Origin: Adineta vaga
Lineage: Eukaryota; Animalia; Rotifera
Length of the DNA stretch: 64,000 nucleotides
NCBI GenBank assembly: GCA_021613535.1
Contig: CP075497.1
Location: 9,820,585-9,884,584, forward strand
Reading direction: 5' to 3'
How positions within the stretch are numbered: the first letter of the stretch is position 1; each line of letters opens with the position of its first letter. The translations under genes were made by a program, and so were the position numbers. Positions 1 through 17,980 of this stretch are shown piece by piece. Below the pieces are notes generated by a model. It did no database searches, had not been told where the DNA came from, and saw nothing but the letters and a program-made list of their open reading frames with translations.

Positions 1-469
1 ATATGTATATTTATTCAAAAAAAATAAATCATGACGAGTAAATGTTTAAACATATGGGATTATATTTTCTAAAATAACTAACAGACTAACTAGGTAAGTT
101 TTTAAAAATAATGCATTGTTAAATAAAGCTTTGATTTAAATTGATATATTATTAAACTATCAATGGATCTATGATACTTGAAAGATGAGATGTTTGTTCG
201 AAAAAGACGTTATTTATTAATGACTTGTCATTATCATTTACTATCACTAAGAAGTAACCATCTAAAGTCTTTTTTTAGAATAAAGAAAAGAACATATGAT
301 GCAGAAGAATGTATCATATTGCAAATGATCTAATTATTTAAAACCATACAGGCTCTCTCTCTCTTTTTTTTTCAGGACACAAATGGAGACGTGATGATTC
401 GATATCGATCTTAATGATAGTTTGTTTCTGAATTTGAAAAGGAATTTGTTTTTAAAAGAAACGATTAAC

Positions 470-1124
470 TTACGTGGGATCATCACGTAATAATTCATCA
501 TGCACGAGACTTGCAAGAGGAATAATTTTATCATTTTGATGTTCTTTCTTCCATTTAGCTATGGCTTGATGAACATAATTTCTTAATTGGACTTTATCCT
601 GTTCAGTAACACTTTTTTCTGTTGTTGTTATGTCAGGATGCTGTAGTTGTCGTTGTTGTTGTTGTTATTGCTTTTACTGCTGAATCTGCTGTATCACCAT
701 GTGCTTCCGGATTTTTATTGGTGTCATCTTTTGTATGTGGTTGTTGTTGCTCGACTAATTTTTCAAAATTCCATGACGGATCGATCGGAAATAATTTTTC
801 TTTATCCAAGGACTGTGTTTCATCTGCTCGTGCATTGCGTATTAATTGAAAGAGTTCTTCAATACGCCGTTGAGTTATATTTGATGAACGAATAAATATT
901 GTATTCACTGGTGTGGCATGTAAATCATAGATGTTCTGATGGTTAATTGCTGACCAAAATGGAATAACACCGGGCGGAATTGGTACATCACGATGTTCTT
1001 CTTCTTCACGTTCAAGTTCATTAGTTGACCATAGAACTGTATAAAGTGACGTGAGAATGAATATAGTTAATGCAGCCAGAATAAAGACAATGGAGGTACG
1101 TAATCGAAAACGTATTTGCCGCAT
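470..1124 (-). CDS. Hypothetical type II (signal-anchor) membrane protein. The N-terminal 163-aa ORF (1124 down to 633) continues in another frame through a (GTT)n microsatellite, either across a 37-bp mini-intron or a 1-nt indel, to a stop near 470. A gtaagt just before that stop could extend the gene further.
   Basis: ORF 633..1124 (minus) begins MRQIRFRLRTSIVFILAALTIFILTSLY, a single N-terminal TM. The downstream frame encodes TTTEKSVTEQDKVQLRNYVHQAIAKWKKEHQNDKIIPLASLVHDELLRDDPT* without stops. I recognise no family. Confidence 0.35.
640..690. repeat. (GTT)n / (ACA)n trinucleotide microsatellite inside coding sequence, giving a poly-Thr tract. A frame change occurs here.
   Basis: gtcgttgttgttgttgttattgc on the plus strand, encoding ITTTTTTTT on the minus strand. 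Confidence 0.7.
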
Positions 1125-2144
1125 TCATCTATTACAGACGAACAACGATGATCTGGTGTGTTTCTTTTTTTCTTTATGATATAGAGAAAAAATACCATCC
1201 AAATACGTTTCTTTGTGCGTTCTATCTCGCGCGCTTGTTCGTCTTTTTCTTTCTCTTATTGATGGCACAAACAAGAATATAAATGAAATGATTATTCGTT
1301 TAATCGCTTCTTCAAATATGCAATTAACTGTTATATAAAATAAGAAAAAGAACACGATACACGATGTCAGTTTCCGATTTCCGTTGATGGTGCCAAATGC
1401 ATTTTTTTAATGTTCGTATTTTATTTATCTACGAACAAATATAATAGAAAAAAAGACAATAAAAAAGATAAATTTAATAGCAGATGCTGTACACAATTAC
1501 GAATAAACTCATTGACCAAAAAAGATTTTTTTTTCTGTCTCTCTCTCCAATTGAAAATCCATTTCTTATTACTGTCACTCGAGAGTAAATGATCGGTCGA
1601 GGTTCTTCTAGTCAGCTTTCTTTTCTCTAATTCAATGCGATCGAATACTAACTGTTGTCTCTTGTATTTCCGTTCGTTCGTATCTGCTTTGAATAGGAAA
1701 TGATCGAGCTAATACTTAGGAAAATGTGTGAGAGAAGATTGATGTCGTTCTACTCTTTCGATGAGAAAGGAGAAAAAAAGCAAAGAAAAATGGGAGTAAT
1801 GATCTTGTGTCACAGAGAAAAAAGAGAAAAGAAGAAAAAAAAATATATTCAATGTTGTCATTGATCAAAGTAGAAAAGAAGAAAAAAAGACGTACGTCTA
1901 CTCCTGAAAATATTCTATACTGATACAGCCTTTAGTTTTCTGTTTTTTTTATTTTGTATCGAACAAATACGTACATGTATACTTTGGCAGGTAACATATA
2001 AAAGATCAGAACGAAAATTTCTCTATTTATATATACATATATATGTATGTTCGTACAAGAGTTAGTTAAACAAAAGAAAAATTACACAGAAATAAGTAAC
2101 ACGAAAAAGAAAAATAATTAGTTTTGAAGGTATTTATCGTCGAT

Positions 2145-7282
<5,138 letters not shown>

Positions 7283-7482
7283 GTTTTGACTTTCTATAGA
7301 GGAGGACAACGACAATTTATTATTGTTTGTGTACAGGATCCAATTTGATTGGTTGATTATTTTCACCAATGAAACCATCGGTTATTATCATTGAGAGTAG
7401 CGTTGTTCGATTTGATTAGTGTGCTATATTGAATTTTTCTTTTCTTTTCACCTTCAAGTTTTTTTTTATATATCAGATAAAA
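7283..7482. promoter_or_regulatory. Short shared 5' region (bidirectional promoter) between divergently transcribed U2SURP (minus, ATG 7282) and the Ly6-like gene (plus, ATG 7483).
   Basis: About 200 bp separates the two divergent start codons. It holds T-rich tracts and AG acceptors 6-11 nt upstream of each ATG. Confidence 0.4.
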
Positions 7483-8165
7483 ATGTGGAGTTCATCGATT
7501 TGTTTCTTTGTTTTCCTATCATTTTTCGTGGATAAAAGTAAGAAAGAAATCTTTCGATTTGTTTTTCTTTTAAATAAAACAACTTTTTTTTCCTATAACA
7601 GCTCAACCTGAAGTTCCACAATTATTCGATTATTTGAATGGTTTTTATTTGGACTGTTATGAATGTCATAGTAATCGACCTGGTTGTGGTGCTAAAGTTG
7701 ATTGGATTTTAATGCGTTGGAAACGTTGTATTGCACCAGGTGGTAGTAAATGTGTTAAAATTATTGAACGTTCACCTGATGGTATGAATCGGAATAATTT
7801 TATTCTGAATAACAAAAAAAAGAGTAATGTTTGCTTTATAGGTGAAATGAATTATGTGCGTGGTTGTATCAATCAAATTGAAGCTGTTCGACCTGAAATG
7901 CCAACAGTTCGCGAAAATGGATGTTGGACAGCAACAGATAATTATGTTGTATGTTGAATATTTATAAGAAAACAAAAATGCATTTTTCAACTTCTTTTTT
8001 TCTAAGGGTTTGGCTTATCGACCATGGTATGTACAAACAGATGAACCTATCTATTGTTTTTGCGATGAACGTGATGGATGTAATTCAGCAATACGATCGT
8101 TGACAAATTATATCTTAGTTTCATTCTTATGTTTTTTATCATTTTTTATACAATCAATTAATTAG
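7483..8165 (+). CDS. Small secreted Cys-rich protein, Ly6/uPAR (three-finger) like, probably GPI-anchored. Four exons; one 60-nt intron is in frame.
   Basis: A signal peptide MWSSSICFFVFLSFFV opens the protein. Ten cysteines follow (CYEC..PGCG..RCIAPGGSKC..RGC..GCWTA..YCFCDERDGCN), ending in the CN motif typical of the Ly6 fold, then a C-terminal hydrophobic tail LVSFLCFLSFFIQSIN*. Donors are gtaaga, gtatga and gtatgt; acceptors end in cag/tag/aag. Confidence 0.45.
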
Positions 8166-8676
8166 AATCATTCCATGTGCTTTTTTGTTGTAAATATTTT
8201 TTATCTGATCGCTATTACAATTATCATACATTCCATTTCTTAACTTGCCGATTGATCTGAGTTCATGTTTTTTTTTTCTTAATCTACTTTTTTTGTACAG
8301 AATATGTAGGAGCGATATTCCTATCAATTCATATTAGAGATAAACGATGTTTTTGTTTCTTTTTTTTTAAATGAATTTAATAAAAAAAATGACTTAGAGT
8401 ATTGCACAATAATTTTTTTTCAAACAGGTCACACCAGCGTGTAAAAGAACATAAAAAAAACTTATCGTGCTTGCTCTGTCATGGTGCAATCACATGTTTG
8501 TTGCTTATATAAAAAACTAGGCAAAATTGTATGTTCGTTATATTTTTATTGAAAAAAGTCTGGTTTGAGATAGAAAAATAATAAAGAAAGAGTACTAGAT
8601 TACAAATCGGTAAGATGATAAGAAATTTATATATCATAAAGGTATTGAATACAAAACAATTTTATGTCTAGAAATT

Positions 8677-10378
8677 ATGACTAACACAACTACAACAACG
8701 TCAAACGATATACCTGCATCCGATGAACCAACGGAATTAGATCTTGCTTTCATTATTGATGCAACAGGCAGTATGGGATCATACATCAAATCTGCTCAAG
8801 AGGTTAAAAAAATATATGAGAAATTATATTGGGTTTTTTAGTTATCAATATTATTGTTTAGAATATGAGAAAAATCATAGAAGATATTATTATAAGTGAA
8901 CGATGTTCATTGAATACAGCTTTAATTCTCTATCGTGATCATCCTCCACAAGATTCTACATTTGTTATCAAACTTCACGAATTTACAGATGATGCAGAAG
9001 AAGCAAAGAAACATATTGATTCAGCTTCTGCTAGCGGAGGTTTGTTATGAATAGTTTTATCTTTGAATATCTGACTGACAAGATAATGGGTTTCAGGTGG
9101 AGATGGTCCTGAAGCAGTAGCACCTGCTTTACATGCAGCTGTTCATACTTTATCATGGCGTAAAAATGCAATTAAAATTGCTCTTCTCATTGCTGATGCT
9201 CCTCCTCATGGACTAGGTGATGCAGGTGATGCATGGCCACAAGGTGAGAAATAGTTTTTCAAATTGTTTACAGAAAATTCACTCGAATTTTCTCTACAGG
9301 TGACCCATCAGGACATGATCCCATTGAATCTGTTACTCAACTTGCCGAAAATAGTATTACTTTGTATACAATTGGATGTGAACCAGGAATTATACCCTAT
9401 CGTGATTTTTTTATGGCTTTAGCCTTTAAAACTGGTGGTCAATATATCCCACTGAATAATTGCGATCACTTAGCTTCGATTATCATTGGATCTGCAAAAG
9501 AAGAAATTTCCTTAGAACGACTATTAGCACAAGTACATGAGGAAGTAATGCGTGAAGCTGCATTACGTGGTGGACCCGTTGATGAAACTGAATTGACTCG
9601 TCGCATCCATGAAGTCATGCAAGGTGGTGGTAAGTCGAAAATGAATTCATATTATCTACAAAAGAAATTGTATGTAATATCTTTACGAATAGGTGCCAAA
9701 GCACGACGAGTAAAAATAAACAATCAAGATGGTAGTATCAATATTCCACAAATAACACCTGCTGCGGAAGATCTTTCTAAATTAACAACATTAAAAGAAG
9801 TTCGAGAAAAATGGACTACTTCTTCATCAAAAACAACCTTATTTTCGACGCCTGCAGTAGGGTTTGGAGGATTATTTGGTACAACTGCAACAATTCCCAC
9901 ACCTCCAGCAGTATCATTCAAGAAAACTCGTAAACATATGACTGCACCGTCTTTGTAAGATCTCGGATATTCTATACCATTGTTTATACTTCATGATTCG
10001 ATTCTAGAAAGAAAACGGCACTAAAACGAAAAACACCACCAAAACCAGAACCTACTATCAAAAAGAAACCTAGACAAGATGTACCTCGTGGCAAACGACG
10101 AAGTACTCGTCTAATACTTAATAGAACGAATGATCAAGAAGATACAACCGATGAGGAGAAGATGGATGTAAGTTCATCGATTTATTATCATTTTTATTCA
10201 AAAACAATCTGATTAATTTTAGACAACATCGGTACCAACACCCCCTGTGACAAAACCAGCAAAGATAAAAACTGAAATATCACATATTGATTTAAAAGAT
10301 GATGAACTACTGGATATTAGTCAAACTCGACGACTTGTTCGTAAATGTGTGGCTCGAAATAAAATTAAATCCACTTAA
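8677..10378 (+). CDS. von Willebrand factor A (vWA) domain protein. About 7 exons with a Lys/Thr-rich C-terminal tail.
   Basis: A MIDAS-like motif LAFIIDATGSMGSY is followed by ILYRDHPPQD, GGGDGPEAVAPALHAAV and IKIALLIADAPPHG. These are characteristic of vWA domains of the vWKA/copine type. Splice junctions carry GT..AG. The tail ends RLVRKCVARNKIKST*. Confidence 0.7.
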
Positions 10379-11282
10379 ATGTATAATATTACAATCAATA
10401 TAGAAGACTTTTTATCATATTTGTTCTTTATTTTATAAATCAATGGTAAAAAACTCACCGCAATATAATCTCGAACTAAATCTTTTATATGACACACGCA
10501 AAAATAGATGAAATATTTTGCCAACTTTGATTCAGATATGATATACTTTTTTCTAGTAATATTGAGAAAGTTATTGATAATTTCTATCTGATTTTAATAT
10601 AAGTATATGATTTATATTCACAGCAAGAATCCACTTACGAATGATGAACTTTATTCAAATATGTCAAGAGTTAACAGAATATTTGCAAAAGTTACTCTTG
10701 TAGTTTAAAAAGTCACTTCTCCTTGAATGCCTATATTCATATTCTTATCTATCCCATCTTTCTTATATGAGGATTTGATCTTCAATCATTTAGAATCTAT
10801 TATATTTATCACATACAAAACTGTTTAATATGATCTTGATAACTAAAATCAACTTCATTCTCACTGTCAAAGATTAAAGTCAAACACCATCTGGTGCATT
10901 TAACATTGCTATTTTTATGTATGTTGACCTATTTGCTGATGCAGTTCTTTGACTCAGTTCATTGATCCACAAACATTTATGTATATTATTGCCAATTGAT
11001 CTTTAATGTTTACGAAGATATCTTTTATTACACTTTTTTTTCTCTTTCCTTCTCGTATGATTTATTCCTTTTATAATGAAACTTTCTCACATATAGATAT
11101 TCGACAAGCAAAGACACATAAGAAGTCAAAAAAAGAAAACAAAATCAAAGGAAAAAACACTTCTTTTTCTTCTTTGTTGATATCTCATATTAAGTATTTT
11201 TTCCTCTTATAAAGTTTGAAAGACTGTCGCACAAGAAAAGAGCAACAATACACACAAAAGAAAGCCAAACGAGAGTTCTTGA

Positions 11283-11323
11283 ATATATATATATATATAT
11301 ACATACACACACACATATATATA
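11283..11323. repeat. Compound microsatellite (AT)n(AC)n(AT)n.
   Basis: atatatatatatatatacatacacacacacatatatatatg. Confidence 0.8.
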
Positions 11324-11528
11324 TGAAAACAAAGAAATATAGAAGAATATGTTCACAATTCAAAAGAAGAAAAATCAAGCAAACCAACAATGAAACAAAA
11401 CGAACAACAATGATAATGCAACTCGTACGTATCTGGCACCTAAAGGAAAGTAAAGGACGCGAAGAAAAATCTATCTGATGATGAGAAAAAAATGTGTACG
11501 AAAGAGCCGGAAAGAAAAGATATGCAAA

Positions 11529-13592
11529 TCAATTTGTCTGTTCACCTCGACAGATCGGACATCGAGTTGATGTCTAAAAAATAAGAATAAAAATCATGTT
11601 TATACATATGTTAGAAATAAAGAAATGAAATAGGCTGGTACCTTAAGCCATGGATCAATGCATTCACTATGGAAGAAGTGTTTGCATCGTAGATGTTTTA
11701 ATTTCTCGCCACCGATATATTCACTCAAACATACGGCACATTTATCATCAGCTTGAATATGTGTACAAGATTTTGTATAGATCATTGTTGGTAATCGTTC
11801 AAGTTCACTATCAGTTAGACCAACGACAGGTGTTTCATCGGGAATCGTTAGATCGAAAAAGTCCTAGATACAAACAGAAGATTATAGAAAAAGAGTTATT
11901 CATAGAAAAAAAAATGAGAAAACTTACACCAAATTGAATACTAAATGCAGCTGGTAATGAAAATATTTCATGACCAGGTGACATCCAGGCATAAGCAATT
12001 AAATCAATTGATGCTGTTGGTGGATGATGATGATGATGAAAATGATTATGAGTATCACTGTATGATGCGGCATGTGCATCAATGACACGACTAGAAAAGT
12101 TTTCAAAGACAGAAGAGAGTTACATTTTTGTTTCATGAAAAGATGGTGAATGGTAATACATACTGAAGTAGATCAGTAAGAAATGAAGGTGAAGGTCGTT
12201 GATGCAAATGAGTAGTCATCGATGTTCGATGAAAGAGTGGACCACGTTGTGGTGGCGTGGATTCGAATGGTATTCCACTTCGATGGTGGTGCTGCTGATG
12301 ATGATGATGAGGAGAAGGAAGATGATTTATTTGTTGTGTATAGGAAGAACGAGGAGGAGGTATTGGTTGACGACGAGGTAAAGCAACAGGTGGTGATTCA
12401 AGTAAAAATTGTTGATGATCAGGAGAATGGTATATATTACGAGGCTGTGCAGATGATGATGACGATGATGATAATGAGGGTTGTTGAATAGGAAGATGAT
12501 GGAGATCGTAATGTGTATTGGTATTATTGATATTATGTGCGTGTTCAATTCGATTTCGTTGCATCGGTTGTGTGCGTTGATCGAATGGTCGAGAAAGAGA
12601 AGGAATATTATCAATGTATGGTGTTCGGGGTATAGGATTTGGTTGTGGTTGTACATATCGATGATTTCTATACAATACAGATAAGAATATAGATTTTTAA
12701 AACAAAATTTTATACGTAAAGAAAAAAAATGAAATACTTACGTGTACGGTTGATAATGATGATGACTAGATGATCGATACTGTTGATTTTGTAGTTGCTG
12801 TTGAGAATGTGATGTATTCTCTTGTGAACGATGATTTGTTCGATCATTTTCATTATTAACTCCTTCATGTCTCGAACGCTTACGTTCATGATGATGATAT
12901 GACTGTGACGACTGAGATGCAGATGTACTAATCGCTGATGAACGTTGCCGTTTCGTATGATTATGATTATTATTGTTATTATGAGATGATCGTTGTGTTA
13001 TTGGATTGTTATTGTCTCGTTCATCGTCAAACCATGGTGGATGTCGTGTAAATGACGCTGCCGATGGACTTTCTAAACGATAATGACGATGATGTGGAGC
13101 TGATGCTGTTGTATTTGCTGCTGCCTAAAAAATAGTGACATTGATTAATTTATTTTAGACGAAATGTTACTAAAGAATAAAAAAAGAGTTTTTTTTACCG
13201 TCACAACATTCAATGGTAATAAAGGTCTAGTTGGTTCTTCTTCATTTGATTGCAAATAATGAATATGACATGATGGTTGAGATTCATCCCTCTGATGTAC
13301 ATGCGGATTCGTAGTTGTTTCACGATTTGATGAAAGTGACGAAGATTCAACTGTTTGACGATGAGGTGGATATTGAAAATAGGAAAAATCATTTTGTGTT
13401 GATAGAGACTGAGATGCAGAAGATGTTGTTGGTGGATGTATACAAGATAATGGATCTGTTAATTGCCAAGATGAACTATCTGATGATGTATCATTCGGTT
13501 GTGTTGTAGGATAAGAAACAAAGTCACACATTTGTAAAGATACACGATGACGAGATGGTATAAATGGACGGTTAGAATATTGGCGAGACATG
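11529..13592 (-). CDS. RING-H2 E3 ubiquitin ligase, RNF38/RNF44-like. The Pro/His/Ser-rich N-terminus and the C-terminal RING-H2 are split by an intron.
   Basis: The RING-H2 reads CAVCLSEYIGGEKLKHLRCKHFFHSECIDPWLK then (intron) TSTRCPICRGEQTN*. The long His/Pro/Ser low-complexity N-terminal exons (MSRQYSNRPFIPSRH...) match the RNF38/44 architecture. Confidence 0.75.
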
Positions 13593-14077
13593 TAATTCTG
13601 GATATGAATTAAGTACAAAAGACAAATAAATCTGTACAACCTTCCTGAATACTTCGTTCGATGTAATCAAAGAAGAAGAAGAAAGGCTATAAAGAGGAAG
13701 GTGAAAGAATGCAATGCACGTGGTGTCCATGATGTCGAATTGAATGACAAAATCGACCAATCATTTTTTAGCTATTCTTCATCATAACAATGCAAACTAG
13801 TGACCTCTAATGATCTTTCAAATGTCATTCTTTACTCATATAAATATGTACGATTTAAATATGTAGACGTGATACAAAGCATTTTTTCGTCATATGTTTA
13901 TAATAATACACTCGTGTAAGTTTCTTTTTTTTTGTTTCAATTTATTTCAAATATCACATTGTATGGAGAACATAGAATGATGCAGAAAAAGAATGTGTAG
14001 AATGATAATTTTAGTCAATTTATTCGAGTAAACGAAAAATAAGGATCAGTAATCACGACTGAAGAATGACGAACACA

Positions 14078-14629
14078 TCATTGTAAAAATGGGAATCGTG
14101 GATGTGATAAATGTTGTTCTCTTGAATTATCAATTTCTTGATTTGATGCGACTGAACAAGTTTCATCTACTTGACATGATTCTAAAATGAAATGTGTAAT
14201 ATAAACATATGGTAAAATTGTTTATCAATATAAACTTTGCATACCTGTACCACAGCATACGCCATGTGCAGCACATCGACCATTTGGTACAGTTGAACAA
14301 ACGGAAGAATTGATTACACATGGTGTAAGATTACGATTTTCATTTGAACATTGACGAGCATCCGATGGATGACCAATACGACAAGCGAAATCAGTACAAC
14401 AGATTGATGGACCAAAACATTGACCACCTAATCCACAACGTGGACACTAAATTTAGAAAAAAATTATATTTATTTTAGAATATATTTTATTATTGTCTAA
14501 CTTGATGATTATGTAAATTATTATCTAAATCTGAACTTCGTTTACCACCAATTGGACAATTAGTAATATAACATGCATGATTAAATTGTAAGAGAGCAAC
14601 AAAAAGAATCAAGAAGATAAATGTATGCA
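14078..14629 (-). CDS. Vasopressin/oxytocin-type neuropeptide-neurophysin precursor. Three exons on the minus strand: 14501..14629, 14245..14446 and 14078..14181. The predicted mature peptide is CYITNCPIG-amide.
   Basis: The precursor opens with the signal peptide MHTFIFLILFVALLQFNHA. Directly after it come CYITNCPIG and the GKR amidation/dibasic site. A neurophysin domain with exactly 14 Cys follows: CPRCGLGGQCFGPSICCTDFACRIGHPSDARQCSNENRNLTPCVINSSVCSTVPNGRCAAHGVCCGTESCQVDETCSV. Intron donors are gttaga and gtatgc; acceptors are tttag and ttttag. Confidence 0.85.
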
Positions 14630-15268
14630 TGATATCGGAATAACTAGAATAATATCGAATGAATATAAAATAATATTCAAACTTCAAAGGCCTACCTTGC
14701 TACTGTATATGAAATGAGAGTTGAAGGACGAAGTTTTCTTCAGTGATGTAAAATAGAAATAAAATGAAAAATGAGACTTCGAAGGTGATTTATAAAGCAT
14801 GAAGAAACAGTGGGTAGTAAAATATAATGCATTATGTGTTAAACTAGACCAGTCTAGAAAGTATTAAAATATAATATTGTTATCACATTGAATGTGTGAA
14901 TTGTCCTATTTTGAGTACTAACACATTTTCGACGAGAAATTTGAATAAAAATAATTGTTTCCGTGGGTGTGGTAATAAATTTTTTACATATTGTTATACA
15001 CACAATGAGTTAATGAAAAGAATTCATTCGGATATTCTTCATGTAAATGTCGTCAATAATTATTTGATCATTCTTATTATGACCGATAGTGAAAGATGAA
15101 AAGGACTTTCTCAAATCATAGATATTTATTTTGACATTATTTAAAATCATTCGAAACTGTTTTATCACACATGCACAATAAATTAAAAACAACATTGACA
15201 TATTTTTATGACTATAGAAAGGAAAACACCGCGAAGCAAAAACGATTTTACTGCTAAAAGATACAATA

Positions 15269-17980
15269 TTAATCGTCAGCATTCTCTTCATTCTCTTGAT
15301 TTTCCACTGTAGTTGTTGGTGTTGCAGAATCTTCACCAAGTAATTGACATAATTCGTTAAAACGCGACTGAATTTCTGGAACGCCAGCTAATTGAGCTTC
15401 CAATCGTTCTTTTTCACCTTTTAATGTTAAAAGTTTTTCGGTATTGAGTACTTCAAATTTCCATTTACCATCACCGTCAAATTGAAGTAAATGTGTATGA
15501 TAAGCCCTTGAAAATTGAAAGACAAATCTTTACTGAGAATAATTATTAATAATTTACTTACCATAGCGATGGTCGATGTGTAATTGTCAACAAGGATATT
15601 CCGAATCCTTTGGCTCGTTCATATATTTTACCTTCTACATCAATTGATACAGCACTTGTACATTCATCCAATAGAGCATAACGTGGTCGATGATAAAAGA
15701 TTCGTGCTAAACCAAGACGTTGTTTTTCCCCACCAGATAAAATATCCTTCCAATCACGTTCAGCATTTAAACCACCTTCACGTTGAACGATGTATTGTAA
15801 TTCAACATGATTTAGAACTTCCATTAGTTTTGTATCATCAACAAATGTATTGTCAACAGTATGTGGATAAATGATTTGATCACGTAATGTTCCAGGACAC
15901 ATATAAGGTCGTTGAGGAATGAGAAAGAAATTCGATGGATTTGGTCGATGAAGACGTCCAGAATAGATAGGCCATAGACCTCGAACAATACGAAAAAATG
16001 ATGATTTACCACAACCATTTGGTCCAGTGATAAGTACATGCATAGCCGGTGTAATCTAAAGAACAAAAAGGTCGAATCTTCTATTAAAAACAGTAGATAT
16101 TTGTTGTACTTTTAATGAAAGACTGTCAACAATAACATCACCATTGGGTGTAATAATTGGTACATTCTCGGCAATAATATCTTCATCAGATTCAATTATT
16201 CGACCTTCTATTAAAACGAAAGAGAACATGATCGAACTTGCTCTTTTCTACAATGATCTACACTGACCTGGACGTTGATTGACAGTAACCTTTCGTTTGG
16301 CAATTGTTGATGACGAATGTTCATTAGGATTTTCATTTGGTTCTACTAAAGCTCGTTGATAATGTTCATGTGCACAATCATCAAAAACATGAAGCATAGT
16401 ATAAACTCGATCTGTATGTCCTGCAAGTTCTGCAATCTAGATATAAAAACAATTTCTTCTTTAGTATTATCCATTATTGCACAATAATTCAATTTTACTT
16501 CTTTATACGATGAAATGATACGTTCGAGTGCATCAGCACCAGATGATAACAAATTTTTACTAACTGTAAACGCTTCTGTACGTGCGCTGATACCAAGTGG
16601 ATCTCCAACTGGATCTAAAAATAAATTTTTCATTCAATATTTATTCATTTCAAAGAAATCGCATTAACCATCGGTTTCTGCTGGACCATCATAGGTAAGA
16701 AAAGGTATAGCAATAAATACCATTCCGCCTAAATATAAAGAGATTTTGCACAAAGCAAAATACTTTTATCTAAACATACATGCATGCCAGAAATATTTCA
16801 TTAAAAACTGTTCAAGCATAATAAACCATAATTTTTTCTTAATAATTAAATTTGTTTGTTCACGTAATTGATCATATAATTTCAAAATCCAGTTTTTCTC
16901 AACCTATTATTATTATTATTATTTTCGTATCTATCTAGTTAATAAATGAAGAAAACGATCAAATGACATACTTGATGACCATCAAAAAAGGCAATTTCTT
17001 CAGCATTTGCAATAACTCTCGTATGTGCAAAACGAAGTACACCTCGTCGTCGTGCTTCTTCGGAAACAAGTTTACCGAATCGAGGTGATAGCTTTCGAAG
17101 TGCCATAAAAGTAACCAAAATAACAGCCATTGTCATGACGGGTACCTCTAAATGAAACGAAGAAAAGAATTTCATGAAGTTGATTGTATCGAATTACCTT
17201 TAAGACCTCGTGCTGAGTGTCGTTGTCGAACCATGGCAACAAGTGACCATGAAATAACAGCAATATCAAAAAATGGCTTAGTTAAATGTGAAAATAGATG
17301 AGTTAAGGTTGATGTAAATGTTTCAATATCATCAGTTAAATTTTGATCTGGTGTCAATAAACGACTATCCAAATTTGATACACGAAAATAGGTTTGATTC
17401 TAAAATTTATTATTTTGTAAACGAAAAAGTGACAAACGAACGTCAGTCTAAAACTTACTTGAAAATAGGCTTCATATGCATGACGTGTTAATTTAGTACG
17501 AAATGCTAGAGCAAGTTTTGATTCAGCATAACGAATTAAACTATTAATAAAACTAGCAGGAATAGAAACACCAACAAAGATACATATTGCACTAAGGAAA
17601 TTACGTGCATTTCGTTGTACTAAAGATTTAACGATAGCACCATCAAGATGTGCTATGTAAACTGATAGGAATGTTCGAGTAATCAATGTTGATAAATGAA
17701 GTATTAATATGAAAAATGAATCACTTTTTAGGTGTGGAATAAGAATACGAATTAATGTTCGAAGTTGATGAAAAAATCGTTTATTGAGTGCTTTACGAAC
17801 TAGTGATGATTGTGACGGTGATGCAGTATCATTAGTAGTGAGTTGCTCTTGTGGAATGATAAGTGCACGTCGTTTTTTCAATAAAATAGATCGACGATAA
17901 CGACGAATAAGATAGGCAATTAATGCAAACGATGATGAAAAAAGTAAAAGTTTTGTTCGACGAGATCTCAGCGAATACAT
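15269..17980 (-). CDS. ABCD: Peroxisomal ABC half-transporter, ABCD1/2/3 (ALDP/PMP70) family. Multi-exon.
   Basis: TM-domain exons give [52 protein letters not shown] and [31 protein letters not shown]. The NBD reads [25 protein letters not shown]...[40 protein letters not shown]...ITHRPSLW. The C-terminus [19 protein letters not shown]...ENADD* has its stop at 15269-15271. Confidence 0.9.

Noticed and set aside
12199-12684. Several plus-strand ORFs (12199..12381, 12222..12491, 12481..12684) overlap the RING-H2 gene.
   Set aside because: They lie antisense to clearly coding minus-strand exons (His/Pro-rich N-terminus of the RNF38/44-like protein). Their low-complexity translations (MMMTMMIM…, DDDDEEKEDD) are mirror artefacts of the sense-strand repeats.
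14788-14795. TTTATAAA about 160 bp upstream of the neuropeptide gene ATG as a TATA box.
   Set aside because: Such A/T octamers are very frequent in 70% AT DNA. If the gene is SL trans-spliced, as the upstream AG suggests, the promoter may be far away. It was not reported as a feature.
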